From contig CAVUZH010000013.1 of NCBI GenBank assembly GCA_963745835.1, positions 832,001-896,000 on the forward strand: a DNA stretch of 64,000 nt, in the 5' to 3' direction. The notes beneath the pieces are model-generated. The model saw only the letters and a program-made list of their open reading frames with translations, ran no database searches and was not told where the DNA came from. Of this stretch, positions 37,059 through 47,063 are shown in pieces. The position numbers were made by a program, and so were the translations under genes. Each line of letters begins with the position of its first letter. The stretch's first letter is position 1. The stretch is from an uncultured delta proteobacterium. GTDB lineage: Bacteria; Desulfobacterota; Binatia; UBA9968.

Positions 37059-38384
37059 CTAACTTTTTTTATTTTCGTCATCAACCTTATTTAAAGAAGG
37101 ATCAACCTCTTCCACAGTCGCTTGTTGCAGCAAGAAATCGAGAGTGCGCTCAAAGGCTATTTGGGTTCGCAGATCGGCGCGCGCCTCGGATCTGGAATAA
37201 AAATCGCGCAGGGTCTTCCCACGTTCGCCAGCAGCTCTCACGAGCTTATCGATTCTCTCTTGAACGTCACGATCTTCGACATCTATTTTTTCTAGCTGTG
37301 AAATCTTCTCAACCAACAATGTTGCTTGCACCTGACGGATTGCACGGGTCTCGAGCGCTTTTCTGGTTTCTTCTGTGGTGGGAGCCGTTTCCGGTTCAGG
37401 CGAGTTGGGAACCGCACTTGCGTTTCGTTCCAAAAGATATCGAGTCTGACGCTCGACCATCGAGGCGGGCGGCTCAAACGAATGACTCTCGATCAAGTGG
37501 TTTAAAATTTGTTCCTTGAGCTCTTCTTTTTGGTATTGTGCGAGTTCGGCTTCGAGCCGTTGACGAATGACTCGCTTCAATTCCTCTAGCGAGGAGCATT
37601 CGCCATGATCTTTGGCGAACTCGTCATCGATCGTCGGAAGTACTTTCTGCTTGATCTCACGCACGACGACTGAGAACTCGGCAGTTTTGCCGGCAAGACC
37701 ACGACTGGGGTAGTCTTCAGGGTAAGTGACCTTGATTTGTTTTTCCTCACCCTGCTTGGCTCCTTGCAGAGCATCATCAAATTGCGGCAATGCCTGGCCG
37801 GCTCCTATCTCGATAACATAGTTTTCGCCTTTGCCCCCGGAGAAAGGCTTGCCGTCCACAGAGCCGGCAAAATCTACTGCGATGAAATCCCCCCGCTCGG
37901 CAACCATCCGATCGGTAACGGGCTCTAAACGCGCATGGCTCTGCTGCAAACGTTTTAGCGCTTCATCAATCTGATCGTCGGTCACAGCTATTCGCGGTTT
38001 CTTGACCTCGATGCCGAGGTAATTCTTAACATCGATTTCGGGCTTAACCTCAAAAACAGCTGAAAAGGAAAAGTCTCCGTTCTCTTGGAGCTCGGCGGCC
38101 TCTATCTCCGGGCGGGAAACTAGTTGCAAGCCTCGGTCTTTGATTACTTCACCGAGTGAATGTTCGACTAGTTGTGAACGGACTTGCTCTCTTATCTCAC
38201 CTCCATAAATTCCCTGGAGAACACTCCGCGGGGCCTTCCCCGCGCGAAATCCCTTGATGCGAACACGTTTGCCAAGGTCCTGATAGGCGCGAGAGAATTC
38301 ACCGGCGACTTCGTTTGCCGGTAGCTCGATGTGAACCTTGCGTTGTACTGGACTTAGCTCAGCAAGATCTATTTTCATAACCAT
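37059..38384 (-). CDS. tig: Trigger factor
   Basis: GFRAGKAP, FKBP domain; upstream of clpP. Confidence 0.97.
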   Translation of the reverse strand: MVMKIDLAELSPVQRKVHIELPANEVAGEFSRAYQDLGKRVRIKGFRAGKAPRSVLQGIYGGEIREQVRSQLVEHSLGEVIKDRGLQLVSRPEIEAAELQENGDFSFSAVFEVKPEIDVKNYLGIEVKKPRIAVTDDQIDEALKRLQQSHARLEPVTDRMVAERGDFIAVDFAGSVDGKPFSGGKGENYVIEIGAGQALPQFDDALQGAKQGEEKQIKVTYPEDYPSRGLAGKTAEFSVVVREIKQKVLPTIDDEFAKDHGECSSLEELKRVIRQRLEAELAQYQKEELKEQILNHLIESHSFEPPASMVERQTRYLLERNASAVPNSPEPETAPTTEETRKALETRAIRQVQATLLVEKISQLEKIDVEDRDVQERIDKLVRAAGERGKTLRDFYSRSEARADLRTQIAFERTLDFLLQQATVEEVDPSLNKVDDENKKS

Positions 38385-38472
38385 AAAGCGGTGATCCGCA
38401 GCTGTCTCTGCGGCTTAGCATCGACACGATCACCACACAACATCCCCTTCCTTGTTTCACGACGGACAACGC

Positions 38473-38557
38473 TGGTGCGAGAGGGGGGACTCGAACCCCC
38501 ATGGTGTGACCCGCTAGATCCTAAGTCTAGTGCGTCTGCCAGTTCCGCCACTCTCGC
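38473..38557 (-). tRNA. tRNA-Leu(TAG)
   Basis: CTAGA-CTTAGGA-TCTAG, long variable arm, CCA end. Confidence 0.97.
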
Positions 38558-38822
38558 TTCTAGAGAACAAATTGTCGACAGTGTTTTGCCATCTGGACCA
38601 GCAAAACAGAGTAGGAAAGGCATCACACTAAGTCAAGCATTCACACTGTCTATTTAGTTTCAAAGCGATGTGAGCGCGGCAAGAACAATTTGATTCGACT
38701 GTACTGCTGCTCGTGGGCTTACGCGGAAATTTAAGCACGGGAGTCCTGGCGCTTCGCTGAACCAGCCGCTATTTGAAAGGACTAGTTCCTGATAAATCCA
38801 AACAAACTAATGCCGTTAGTTA

Positions 38823-39143
38823 TCAACTGCGATCGTCTGAAGAATCGCACTCTGGACACGGACAGAGAGACCGGAGATAGTCATAGGTGTAGATGCCGGT
38901 ACTATGACCATCGTGCCAGCGAAATTCTATCGCGTAGTTTCCTATTGGCTGGATGTCAATCAACTTAGCATCCGGAACGGAGATAAACTTCCGGGTGGCG
39001 CCGTGCCCTTGGCAAAGAGCGCAAGGGCAGTAACCCCTCAGGTACGTTTCTGGATAGTTCCCTGCATGGTCATCATTCCACAGGATCCTGACGACGCCCT
39101 GGGCTTTGATGTGATTGATCTCGGTTGGAAATCGGCTAGTCAT
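38823..39143 (-). CDS. DUF971 / GBBH-like N-terminal domain protein
   Basis: WxDxH...LRxxCPCALC...GNYA...WxDGHSTGIYT. Confidence 0.88.
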   Translation of the reverse strand: MTSRFPTEINHIKAQGVVRILWNDDHAGNYPETYLRGYCPCALCQGHGATRKFISVPDAKLIDIQPIGNYAIEFRWHDGHSTGIYTYDYLRSLCPCPECDSSDDRS

Positions 39144-39166
39144 TTGGGCTTACTTGCCTTTTACCA

Positions 39167-39688
39167 TTAAAGCTCAACCAGACCGTCCCCTACGGCTGTC
39201 ATGCAACCAATCTTTGTGCGATTCACTAGATAGGTGCGTGATGCTATGTCGGGCCTGCCGATCAAAGTGGCGTCGGTAATCGGGAAAAAACGTGTCTTGC
39301 CCAATAGGAGCTCATGCAGCGGAGCGCCCGGAACGACATGAATGTCGCCTTTCAGCCAATAGGGTCCTACGCTGATCAAGGCTTTGTTTGATTCCTTTTT
39401 CACGTAAAGATGTTCGTACCCGGACCGATCTGAACTGAGTTGCGGGCTCAAATCGCCGATGAGAAATACCTCCTGCATATAGATCAAATATTCGGCTGAG
39501 CCGGCCGCCATCGTTTTTCCTTGCAAATCGTCAAGAGTGGCATTTGTGATTGAGAGAACTTCATCTCCCTCGCGAAGTATCAGGTAATTACTTAAACGAT
39601 CCTGATTTGTAACGAGCACTCCCCGCAGAACCGCGGACTGCAAGTAGACCTCCAAAGTCATGGAATACGTCGTTGCCGTCAGATCCAT
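39167..39688 (-). CDS. Hypothetical protein with two tandem DUF6812-like domains
   Basis: Two repeats: G.L...RLS.YL...ITNAT and G.IH...L.ELL...FFPITDAT...VNR; family recalled from memory. Confidence 0.6.
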   Translation of the reverse strand: MDLTATTYSMTLEVYLQSAVLRGVLVTNQDRLSNYLILREGDEVLSITNATLDDLQGKTMAAGSAEYLIYMQEVFLIGDLSPQLSSDRSGYEHLYVKKESNKALISVGPYWLKGDIHVVPGAPLHELLLGKTRFFPITDATLIGRPDIASRTYLVNRTKIGCMTAVGDGLVEL

Positions 39689-39972
39689 CAAATCCTTCCC
39701 TGCTGGCAAGCTGCGTCGTTCGCATATGCGAACAGAACCATGAATCATTATCTCACTACGGAGAAGCCTTAACAATTGATTTCTGCGCGACCACAACGTT
39801 ACGAAGATAAGGCACCGCCGCTATGCGAGAAGCCGCAAGGAACACACAGAGGAAAAGTCGAAATCCTGATACAACGCAGGTTCAAAAACGCCAAGGGCCG
39901 ACTAGGTTTTTAGCCGAACGGCTCACTGTCACCGATTTGGGCTAAAGAGATGGCGTCGGGGCTAAGAAGATT

Positions 39973-40048
<76 letters not shown>

Positions 40049-40103
40049 AAACAAACTATTACTCGTACTCGGCAGCTACGATCCTTACACCGAACTAAGA
40101 ATA

Positions 40104-40180
40104 TGGGGTGAGTGAAGGGATTTGAACCCTCAACCCCTGGAGCCACAGTCCAGTGCTCTAACCGTTGAGCTACACTCACC
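40104..40180 (-). tRNA. tRNA-His(GTG), with G-1
   Basis: CTGGA-CTGTGGC-TCCAG, C discriminator, CCA end. Confidence 0.97.
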
Positions 40181-40194
40181 ATATTACCCCACAC

Positions 40195-40271
40195 TGGCGC
40201 GCCAGAAGGGATTCGAACCCCTGACCTACGGCTTAGAAGGCCGTTGCTCTATCCAACTGAGCTACTGGCGC
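40195..40271 (-). tRNA. tRNA-Arg(TCT)
   Basis: ACGGC-CTTCTAA-GCCGT, CCA end. Confidence 0.97.
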
Positions 40272-40339
40272 CAAAAACAACAGCGAGTAATAAGTGATGA
40301 GTTAACCTAGACTCAACACTCATTACTCAGCAGTCTTTA

Positions 40340-40416
40340 TGGTCGGGGCGAGAAGATTTGAACTTCCGACCCCCTGCGCCCAAGGCAGGTGCGCTACCAG
40401 GCTGCGCTACGCCCCG
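40340..40416 (-). tRNA. tRNA-Pro(TGG)
   Basis: CGGGGCG acceptor, CCTGC-CTTGGGC-GCAGG, CCA end. Confidence 0.97.
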
Positions 40417-40457
40417 TCAAATGAACAGGATCGATTCTACATGGCTAAAGAACTAAA

Positions 40458-41078
40458 TCAAGGTTTTCCAGCTAGATCGAAACATGCCGGCAGAACCTCG
40501 GCGAGCTTTTTAAGCGCTTTGCCGCGATGACTGACGGTTATCTTCGTCTGCTGATCGATTTCGCCGAAGGTCTTCCCTAATGGCGGGTAGAAAAAGACCG
40601 GATCATACCCGAAGCCATTCTTTCCTTTCGCAGCAAACCCGATGAATCCTTCGCAACTACCCCGCACGGTGCACTGCTTACCACCATGCGATCTCGGGAG
40701 GCACAAGGCCAAAACACAAACAAACCGCGCGGTTCGTTTTTCCTCGCAAATGTCCCTCAATTCCTCGAGGAGCTTGCTATTATTGCCCGTGTCATCAGCC
40801 TCAGGGCCGCTAAATCGCGCCGAAAGAATCCCAGGCCTACCATCGAGAGCATCCACTTCCAATCCCGAATCATCGGCCAATGTGCGGTAGCCGGACCACT
40901 CCGCAAGCGTTCGCGCCTTTTTTAGAGCATTTTCTTCGAACGATTGCCCATCTTCAGCAATCATGGGTGGATCGTGTAGGTCATTTAAAGAGATAATATG
41001 AAGCGGCGAGTGTTTCAGAAACGCTTTGATCTCCCTCAATTTCCCGCTGTTGGTTGTCGCGACAAGTAGATCGAACAT
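40458..41078 (-). CDS. rdgB: XTP/dITP diphosphatase (HAM1 family; start about 41078)
   Basis: ATTNSGKLRE, ADDSGLEVDAL, GFGYDPVF, SHRG. Confidence 0.96.
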   Translation of the reverse strand: MFDLLVATTNSGKLREIKAFLKHSPLHIISLNDLHDPPMIAEDGQSFEENALKKARTLAEWSGYRTLADDSGLEVDALDGRPGILSARFSGPEADDTGNNSKLLEELRDICEEKRTARFVCVLALCLPRSHGGKQCTVRGSCEGFIGFAAKGKNGFGYDPVFFYPPLGKTFGEIDQQTKITVSHRGKALKKLAEVLPACFDLAGKP

Positions 41079-41091
41079 TGCATAGACGACT

Positions 41092-41817
41092 TCAAGAAGT
41101 GAACGCGAGAGCTTGTTTCTGCGCCCTGAGCAGCTCCTTGATGCCCTGTTCGGCAATCTCCGACATCTTATCCATTTGTTTCTTGGTAAAAGGTGCACTC
41201 TCCGCAGTACCTTGAACTTCGACGAACTTACCGGACCCTGTCATAACGACATTCATATCGACGTCCGCTTTGCTATCTTCCTCGTAACATAGATCTAGCA
41301 GGATCTTGCCATCGACGATTCCGATGCTTACCGCGGCAACGGAATCTTTGATTGGCTCTTGCGTGATGATTCCACGCTTTTGCCAACTACGAATTGCTTG
41401 GCACAGAGAAACGTAAGCGCCGGTAATCGAAGCGGTGCGGGTGCCACCGTCCGCCTGGATCACATCGCAATCGATCCAGACCGTACGCTCACCGAGATTG
41501 GTCAAATCCGTGATCGCCCGCAAACTGCGGCCGATCAAGCGTTGAATCTCGTGGGTTCTGCCACCCACTTTGCCGCGGGAGGATTCACGGCCGATGCGCG
41601 CCTGTGATGAACCCGGCAACATGCCATATTCCGCGGTAATCCAACCCTTACCGCTATTGCGCAGGAAAGGCGGCACACGGTCTTCCAATTTAGCAGTGCA
41701 AATTACTTTCGTGTCGCCCATCTCGATCAACACCGAACCATCGGCAGTCTTTAGGTAGCTCGGCGCTATTTTTATTGATCGCAGTTGTTTCGGTTTTCGC
41801 CCATCGCTTCTCATCAT
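41092..41817 (-). CDS. rph: Ribonuclease PH
   Basis: [27 protein letters not shown]. Confidence 0.98.
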   Translation of the reverse strand: MMRSDGRKPKQLRSIKIAPSYLKTADGSVLIEMGDTKVICTAKLEDRVPPFLRNSGKGWITAEYGMLPGSSQARIGRESSRGKVGGRTHEIQRLIGRSLRAITDLTNLGERTVWIDCDVIQADGGTRTASITGAYVSLCQAIRSWQKRGIITQEPIKDSVAAVSIGIVDGKILLDLCYEEDSKADVDMNVVMTGSGKFVEVQGTAESAPFTKKQMDKMSEIAEQGIKELLRAQKQALAFTS

Positions 41818-41880
41818 GGTTCCAGTGTTTGCAAGCCTGTTTAACTCTGGTGTTCGCTGGTTGCCAAGCTGTTTGTAAGA

Positions 41881-43299
41881 TCAGCTGTTCAGGTGAAATA
41901 CCACCATCTTGAGCTCGGTCATTTCTTCCACCGCATACCTTGGACCTTCTTTGCCAAAGCCTGAGTCCTTAAGTCCGCCGTAAGGCATGAGATCCACGCG
42001 CCACTGCGGGCCCCAGTTAACATGCAGATTGCCGGCTTCGGCTTCGCGCGCGAATTTCATGGCCCATTCCACATTTTCCGTAAAGATGCCCGCTGCCAAA
42101 CCGTAAATACTATCGTTGGCAAGCGCAATGGCCTCTTCGATGTTTTCAAACGGAGTCACCGCCACCGCCGGACCGAATAGCTCATCGCGCGAGATGCGCA
42201 TATCTGGCGTAACATCGGCCACCACTGCTGGCATGTAGATCGCGCCGCGCCGACCACCACCGGCCGCCAAGCGCGCACCGCCGGCGACCGCTTCTTCGAT
42301 CCAGTCTTCGACGCGGACCGCCTCGCTCTCCTTTACCATCGGCCCGACTTTTGATTTTTCATCGAGTTGATTGCCGGTGCTGAGTGCTTCAACTTTGGGT
42401 TTCAAAGCATCAAGGAAGTCGCCGTAAACTTTTTTTGCCGTAAGCACCCTTTGAGTCGAGATGCAGGTTTGCCCGGCATTGCCGTAACCGGTCGTCGCCA
42501 CCGCGGCCGCCACTCTGTTTAAATCGGCGTCAGGCATGATGATAAGCGGGCTGTTGGAGCCGAGCTCCATCGTGACTTTTTTTATTCCCGCCATTCGGCA
42601 AATTCGATCGCCAATTTCACGGCTGCCGGTAAATGTGATTTTTCGCACACGGCGGTCTTTGACCAGAGTATCACCGATCTCACCGCCCGACCCTGTGATG
42701 CATTGAATCCCTTCCGGCGGGAGTCCGGCTTCCAAAAGAATTTCCGTGAGCTTCAAGGCCGACAGCGGCGTATCGGAAGCCGGTTTGACGATCACCGAAT
42801 TTCCCGCCGCGAGCGCCGGACCGACTTTGTGACAGACGAGATTCAATGGAAAATTAAACGGCGCGATGGCTGCAACGACACCGCAGGGCACGCGTAGCGT
42901 GAATCCTAACTTCTTACCCCCGGTAGGATCCGCATCTAGCGGTACGGTTTCCCCGTGTAAGCGCTTGGCCTCCTCGGCAGATCCCATCATAGTTTCCACC
43001 GCTCGGCCTGCCTCTCCCCGCCCCTCGGCGATGATCTTTCCTTCTTCTTTAGATATTGTCCGGCCCAGCTCTTCGTTGCGCGCCGCCATCAGATCCGCCG
43101 CAGTGCGCAAGATTTTCCAGCGCTGATAGCTGGTAAGTTTGGCCATCACCTTGGCTCCACGTTCGGCATAAGCCAGCGCCTTTTCAACATCGCTCGCATC
43201 CGCTTTGGGAACCGTATCGACGACGGAATTATCGAAAGGGTTTTTGACCTCGATCTTGTTGGCCTTATCAACCCAGCGGCCTTCTAAAAAAATCTTCAT
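41881..43299 (-). CDS. NAD(P)-dependent aldehyde dehydrogenase
   Basis: PFNFP, FTGS, ELGSN, GQTCIS catalytic Cys, ELFGP. Confidence 0.95.
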   Translation of the reverse strand: MKIFLEGRWVDKANKIEVKNPFDNSVVDTVPKADASDVEKALAYAERGAKVMAKLTSYQRWKILRTAADLMAARNEELGRTISKEEGKIIAEGRGEAGRAVETMMGSAEEAKRLHGETVPLDADPTGGKKLGFTLRVPCGVVAAIAPFNFPLNLVCHKVGPALAAGNSVIVKPASDTPLSALKLTEILLEAGLPPEGIQCITGSGGEIGDTLVKDRRVRKITFTGSREIGDRICRMAGIKKVTMELGSNSPLIIMPDADLNRVAAAVATTGYGNAGQTCISTQRVLTAKKVYGDFLDALKPKVEALSTGNQLDEKSKVGPMVKESEAVRVEDWIEEAVAGGARLAAGGGRRGAIYMPAVVADVTPDMRISRDELFGPAVAVTPFENIEEAIALANDSIYGLAAGIFTENVEWAMKFAREAEAGNLHVNWGPQWRVDLMPYGGLKDSGFGKEGPRYAVEEMTELKMVVFHLNS

Positions 43300-43408
43300 G
43301 AGAACAATCTCCCTTAATGAATAATGCCGAAACTAAGATATGAGGCGAACAGTCTTCGTTCTCTTAGGTTCAGACGTCACTAGTCCTTGCTGTGGCCAGC
43401 GCCGCGGT

Positions 43409-43453
43409 AAAAACTACGGCCGCCGCGCGATTGGCGAGACCAATGCGGCCGTA
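43409..43453 (-). terminator. Probable terminator after yggT
   Basis: Minus strand TACGGCCGC-ATTGG..CCAAT..-GCGGCCGTA followed by GTTTTT. Confidence 0.45.
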
Positions 43454-43523
43454 ACAGCGGGTCGAGCATTCGATTCACGCGAATATCGGCCGTTTAAAGA
43501 TTTCACTAAAGCATCCCTGGCAA

Positions 43524-43823
43524 TTACCTCAATGTATAAGCAAGGTCGTAAAGCGACCGAACCAGAAATCCTTTGATAAACCAAATGGCCAAAGAAACAA
43601 CGATCGGTGAAAGATCAAAACCGCCTGCGAATAAAGGTAATCTCTCACGAACTTTTTCGAGTACTGGTTCTGTCAAGTTGTAAATGAAGCGAACGATCGG
43701 GTTATATGGGTCTGCATCGATCCACGACATCACCACGCGGGCAATCAAGATCCATAAGTAAGCCCAGAGCAAGAAGTCCAGAACCTGGGCCGTGGCAATG
43801 ATAAAATTAGCAAGAATAAACAT
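43524..43823 (-). CDS. yggT: YggT family membrane protein
   Basis: SWI...DPYNP...TEP...DLSPI. Confidence 0.93.
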   Translation of the reverse strand: MFILANFIIATAQVLDFLLWAYLWILIARVVMSWIDADPYNPIVRFIYNLTEPVLEKVRERLPLFAGGFDLSPIVVSLAIWFIKGFLVRSLYDLAYTLR

Positions 43824-43828
43824 TCAGG

Positions 43829-44521
43829 CTACGTTCTTCTCGGACCAAACAAGGCTGTGCCAATTCGCACAATGGTTGCGCCTTCTTCAACAGCAATCAG
43901 ATAATCATGCGTCATGCCCATCGATAGCTCCCTAAGGTCGACGTTCGGCAATTTCAAACTGTGCAGTTCATCTCGCAACCGGCGCAGGTCACGAAAGTAA
44001 GGCCGAGTCTCTTCAGAATTTTCGCGAAAAGGCGGAACAGTCATAAGCCCTTCGATGCTGAGATGGTCGAGCTCGCCGATAGTGCGTAAAAGCTCCTCGA
44101 CTTTGGGCTTGGCAATCCCCGACTTGGTCTCTTCGCCGCCTATATTGATCTCAATGAACGCCCGCACTCGGACATTTCTTTTTCGGCCTTCCTTATCCAG
44201 CGCGCGCGCCAATTCAGCGTTATCGAGAGACTCAATGACGTCGAAGATTTCCACTGCCGCTTTTGCCTTGTTGCGTTGCAAGTGACCAATCATGTGCCAT
44301 TCGACGTGATCGGAAAGACTCTTTTTTTTGAGGCTCGCCTCCTGAACGTAATTTTCCCCAATGAGCAAGACACCAGCCATGATGGCCGCTTCGATTGCTT
44401 TGATATCTTGTGCTTTGGCGGCCGCAAGTATTTTAACATCGCGCGGGTCTCGTCCCTTCGAAACCGCGGCCCGCCTGATCTGTTCAGCGATCTCTCGATG
44501 GTTCGCCGCCACATCCGCCAT
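43829..44521 (-). CDS. yggS: PLP homeostasis protein YggS (start ATG 44521)
   Basis: GENYVQE, WHMIGHLQRNK, LSMGMT, RIGTALFG. Confidence 0.96.
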   Translation of the reverse strand: MADVAANHREIAEQIRRAAVSKGRDPRDVKILAAAKAQDIKAIEAAIMAGVLLIGENYVQEASLKKKSLSDHVEWHMIGHLQRNKAKAAVEIFDVIESLDNAELARALDKEGRKRNVRVRAFIEINIGGEETKSGIAKPKVEELLRTIGELDHLSIEGLMTVPPFRENSEETRPYFRDLRRLRDELHSLKLPNVDLRELSMGMTHDYLIAVEEGATIVRIGTALFGPRRT

Positions 44522-44659
44522 AAGGTGAAAATGCTTATCACATCCACCTTTGTAAATCACTCCGGTCGTTACAAGTGAGGGTGAAAAGGAGCCGTCAAAG
44601 GCGAGTTTGTCACCTCCTTCTGATTACGCATCGAGTGCCAGATATTATATCTGCAACCG

Positions 44660-45115
44660 TCATTGGTTTTCAGGTTCCTGAACGCAATCAGGCGCACGGC
44701 TCTCGAGGATCAAACTACCCAGAGTACAGCGGATCGAGGTAAAGTTGAGCCGCACCGGCCAACCGTTATCGGCAAGAAGGGCATCAACATCAAACACGAG
44801 CATCCCGTTTCGATTTACGATATTCGTTCCAGAAGTAATACGATTCAGAAGATACTTTTTTAAGAAGCCTATACTTATAAATCCTGCTCTCACTCGCTCA
44901 ATGCGCGCGCCGAGCTTGCCTTCGGAAACTGATAATTGCCAGAGCATCTGGAAGGGAATCCAGATAAATTGTTGATAAATCCCCGTGACCCGAACGCCTT
45001 CCGGCGTGACAGCGAGATCAACATCACGGATAGCGTCGGGCCAGAGGAAAATTCGAGATGCCAGTTGGTTTAGGTCCGCGTCGCTCACGATAAGCTTCAA
45101 TAACTGTATCTCCAT
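44660..45115 (-). CDS. Hypothetical protein
   Basis: 151-aa ORF filling the gap, protein-like composition; family not recognised. Confidence 0.6.
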   Translation of the reverse strand: MEIQLLKLIVSDADLNQLASRIFLWPDAIRDVDLAVTPEGVRVTGIYQQFIWIPFQMLWQLSVSEGKLGARIERVRAGFISIGFLKKYLLNRITSGTNIVNRNGMLVFDVDALLADNGWPVRLNFTSIRCTLGSLILESRAPDCVQEPENQ

Positions 45116-45416
45116 GGCGCTAAACTAGCAGGCGCGGTCGCAATACTACACAGATCTGATTGCATCTCGGTTCGCGGGAGATGGAAGCGCCGAGAACGGT
45201 CAGAAGAGACCTAGCGTAAACCGGCTTATTTCTGATCGTGTTTTCACCAACGGCTGCTCGCCATCCAAGGAGTCTGACGGACCGCAAATCAAAGCACCCA
45301 TGAAAGCTAGTTCATCAGATTCGAAATGAATCAGCTGCAGCCGAACCGAAAACCAGTGATGTCTTTTAACTGAAACACAATAAACGAAAGGTTATTGATT
45401 CCCCTGTAAAATCTTC

Positions 45417-45432
45417 GGGCACCGCATTTGCG
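45417..45432 (+). promoter_or_regulatory. Possible sigma54 -24/-12 promoter
   Basis: GGGCACCGCATTTGCG with canonical GG-N10-GC spacing, just upstream of the NTF2-like gene. Confidence 0.4.
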
Positions 45433-45445
45433 TCCGCGATTCCGG

Positions 45446-46042
45446 ATGGCTGCGGAAGTAAAAGTCTCTTACAAATCATGGGCGGCGTTTGCGCTGTCGG
45501 CTGTTTTCTTATCAGCTTTCGCCTTTGTCGTTACACAGCAAACCCGCAACCCACCGGCAATTGAAGAAGCAAAGACCACGGCTCCTGCCAAACCGTCGGA
45601 TGAGACTCCTGAGGTTGCGGGCCAGGGCAAGGACGTGGCGCCGCAAATTTGGGAACCTGCGCCTAGAACCGACGAAGCTCCCGAGTCCACTGTGAAAGAA
45701 TTGGTGCAGGCATGGAATAAGGGCGATCCCAACAAGATCGCTGAACTGTTTTTGCCCGATGGTGTGCTGTTTCTTCCCACCGGCGCGGAAATCAAATCTC
45801 GTGAGGAAATCAAGAACACGATAGCCAAACACCACGACGGGATGCTGAAAGAGACAAAACTAACTAATAGGATCGAGGGGGTTTCTACCGATGGCGAGAA
45901 GGCGATCGTTAAAGGCAACTACCAATTAGACGGCATAAAGGTACTGGGGTTTAGCACGAGTGCAACGGGCAGCTATGAATTTCACGGAACCAAACGAGAT
46001 GGTCGCTGGCTGATTGCCAAAGCTGAAGTGACTTGGGAGTGA
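45446..46042 (+). CDS. Membrane-anchored or exported NTF2/SnoaL-like (DUF4440, SgcJ/EcaC-like) protein
   Basis: N-terminal TM, Pro/Ala-rich linker, AWNKGD...AELF..DG...DGRWLI. Confidence 0.75.
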   Translation: MAAEVKVSYKSWAAFALSAVFLSAFAFVVTQQTRNPPAIEEAKTTAPAKPSDETPEVAGQGKDVAPQIWEPAPRTDEAPESTVKELVQAWNKGDPNKIAELFLPDGVLFLPTGAEIKSREEIKNTIAKHHDGMLKETKLTNRIEGVSTDGEKAIVKGNYQLDGIKVLGFSTSATGSYEFHGTKRDGRWLIAKAEVTWE

Positions 46043-46126
46043 CGGGGTCGGCCTCACGGAACATTAACGCAGAGCGGAGCAATCGGCTGCTTAACGATTC
46101 TTGCTCGATTGCTCCGCTTGGCCCTG

Positions 46127-46522
46127 TTAACTGACTGGACTGCGCACACTACAATGCTTTCTGTGGTTCTCGAGATCCGAGTGCAAACTAAATTTACTAT
46201 CGCAGAACTCGCAACTGTAATCACCCATGGGTTCATTCATGATGCCGCGATCGTACCGGTCGTGGCCTTCCAGTTTAACCATTTTGTTATAGACGCCGAA
46301 GATTAACCAGGTGGGCACCCACTGCGCTATGAAATTACCCCACTTCCCCCGGCCGGTGATCTGACAGAACAAGGAAAGCGCCATGGCTCCAACCGCCACG
46401 CCCAGGTAGGCTGAGGAGGGTATAGCCGCCGTATACGATTCGATATTCTTTGTGACTCGATCTTCACTTTCGATGTTATTCGGTAAACCATTCGTTTGCG
46501 TCGGTACATCATACGTTTCCAT
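46127..46522 (-). CDS. Small membrane protein with a C-terminal C2H2/C2HC-like zinc finger
   Basis: Hydrophobic segment, QW.P..LI.GVYNK.VK motif, then YSCEFCDSKFSLHSDLENHRKHC. Confidence 0.75.
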   Translation of the reverse strand: METYDVPTQTNGLPNNIESEDRVTKNIESYTAAIPSSAYLGVAVGAMALSLFCQITGRGKWGNFIAQWVPTWLIFGVYNKMVKLEGHDRYDRGIMNEPMGDYSCEFCDSKFSLHSDLENHRKHCSVRSPVS

Positions 46523-46570
46523 TAATCATGCCTCCGTTTGCTAATCGCGCATGGTCGTTTTCGGAATACT

Positions 46571-47017
46571 TTAGCCTGCCTTGCGCTCCCGGTTTCCTTT
46601 GGCGGCCTCCAGTTCCGCTCCGAGTTGCTGCAGCTCGGTCGCGCTAAAAAGCTTCCGCACCTTCGGAAACATCTTTCCTTCCTCCTCTTCCTCCGCATGA
46701 TGCTCGACGTTTTCTTTGAGCACCTTGAGCTTCGGCTCGAATTTCTCACTATCCTTTGACAGATTATCCATTTCTCGCAGCAGAGTCTTAACTTGTTTAT
46801 GCTCTTCGATGGATTCGAGAACCATGTCTTTGAGCTCTTCGTTTTTCTGCACCGCGGGATAGAACACGTTTTCTTCGATTCGCGCATGAGTTTCTAATTC
46901 AGTTTTGATTTTTTCGAAGATGTCGGTGCGTTCTTTGCCTTGTTCCGCGCTTTCCGCCTTCTCCAGCAGCTCTTTAACTTTCGCGTGATCCTGTTTTAAG
47001 AGTTCGAGCGCATCCAT
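46571..47017 (-). CDS. Hemerythrin/HHE domain protein (start ATG 47017)
   Basis: LLKQDH, HARIEE..FYP, EEH, HHAEEEE...FP; AAGGAGG SD. Confidence 0.92.
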   Translation of the reverse strand: MDALELLKQDHAKVKELLEKAESAEQGKERTDIFEKIKTELETHARIEENVFYPAVQKNEELKDMVLESIEEHKQVKTLLREMDNLSKDSEKFEPKLKVLKENVEHHAEEEEEGKMFPKVRKLFSATELQQLGAELEAAKGNRERKAG

Positions 47018-47047
47018 TGTTTGTTCCTCCTTTGCCGTGGGGTTTAA

Positions 47048-47063
47048 CGCAAGAGCAAGGCCA
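47048..47063 (-). promoter_or_regulatory. sigma54 -24/-12 promoter for the hemerythrin gene
   Basis: Minus strand TGGCCTTGCTCTTGCG, canonical spacing, 30 nt before the ATG. Confidence 0.6.
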
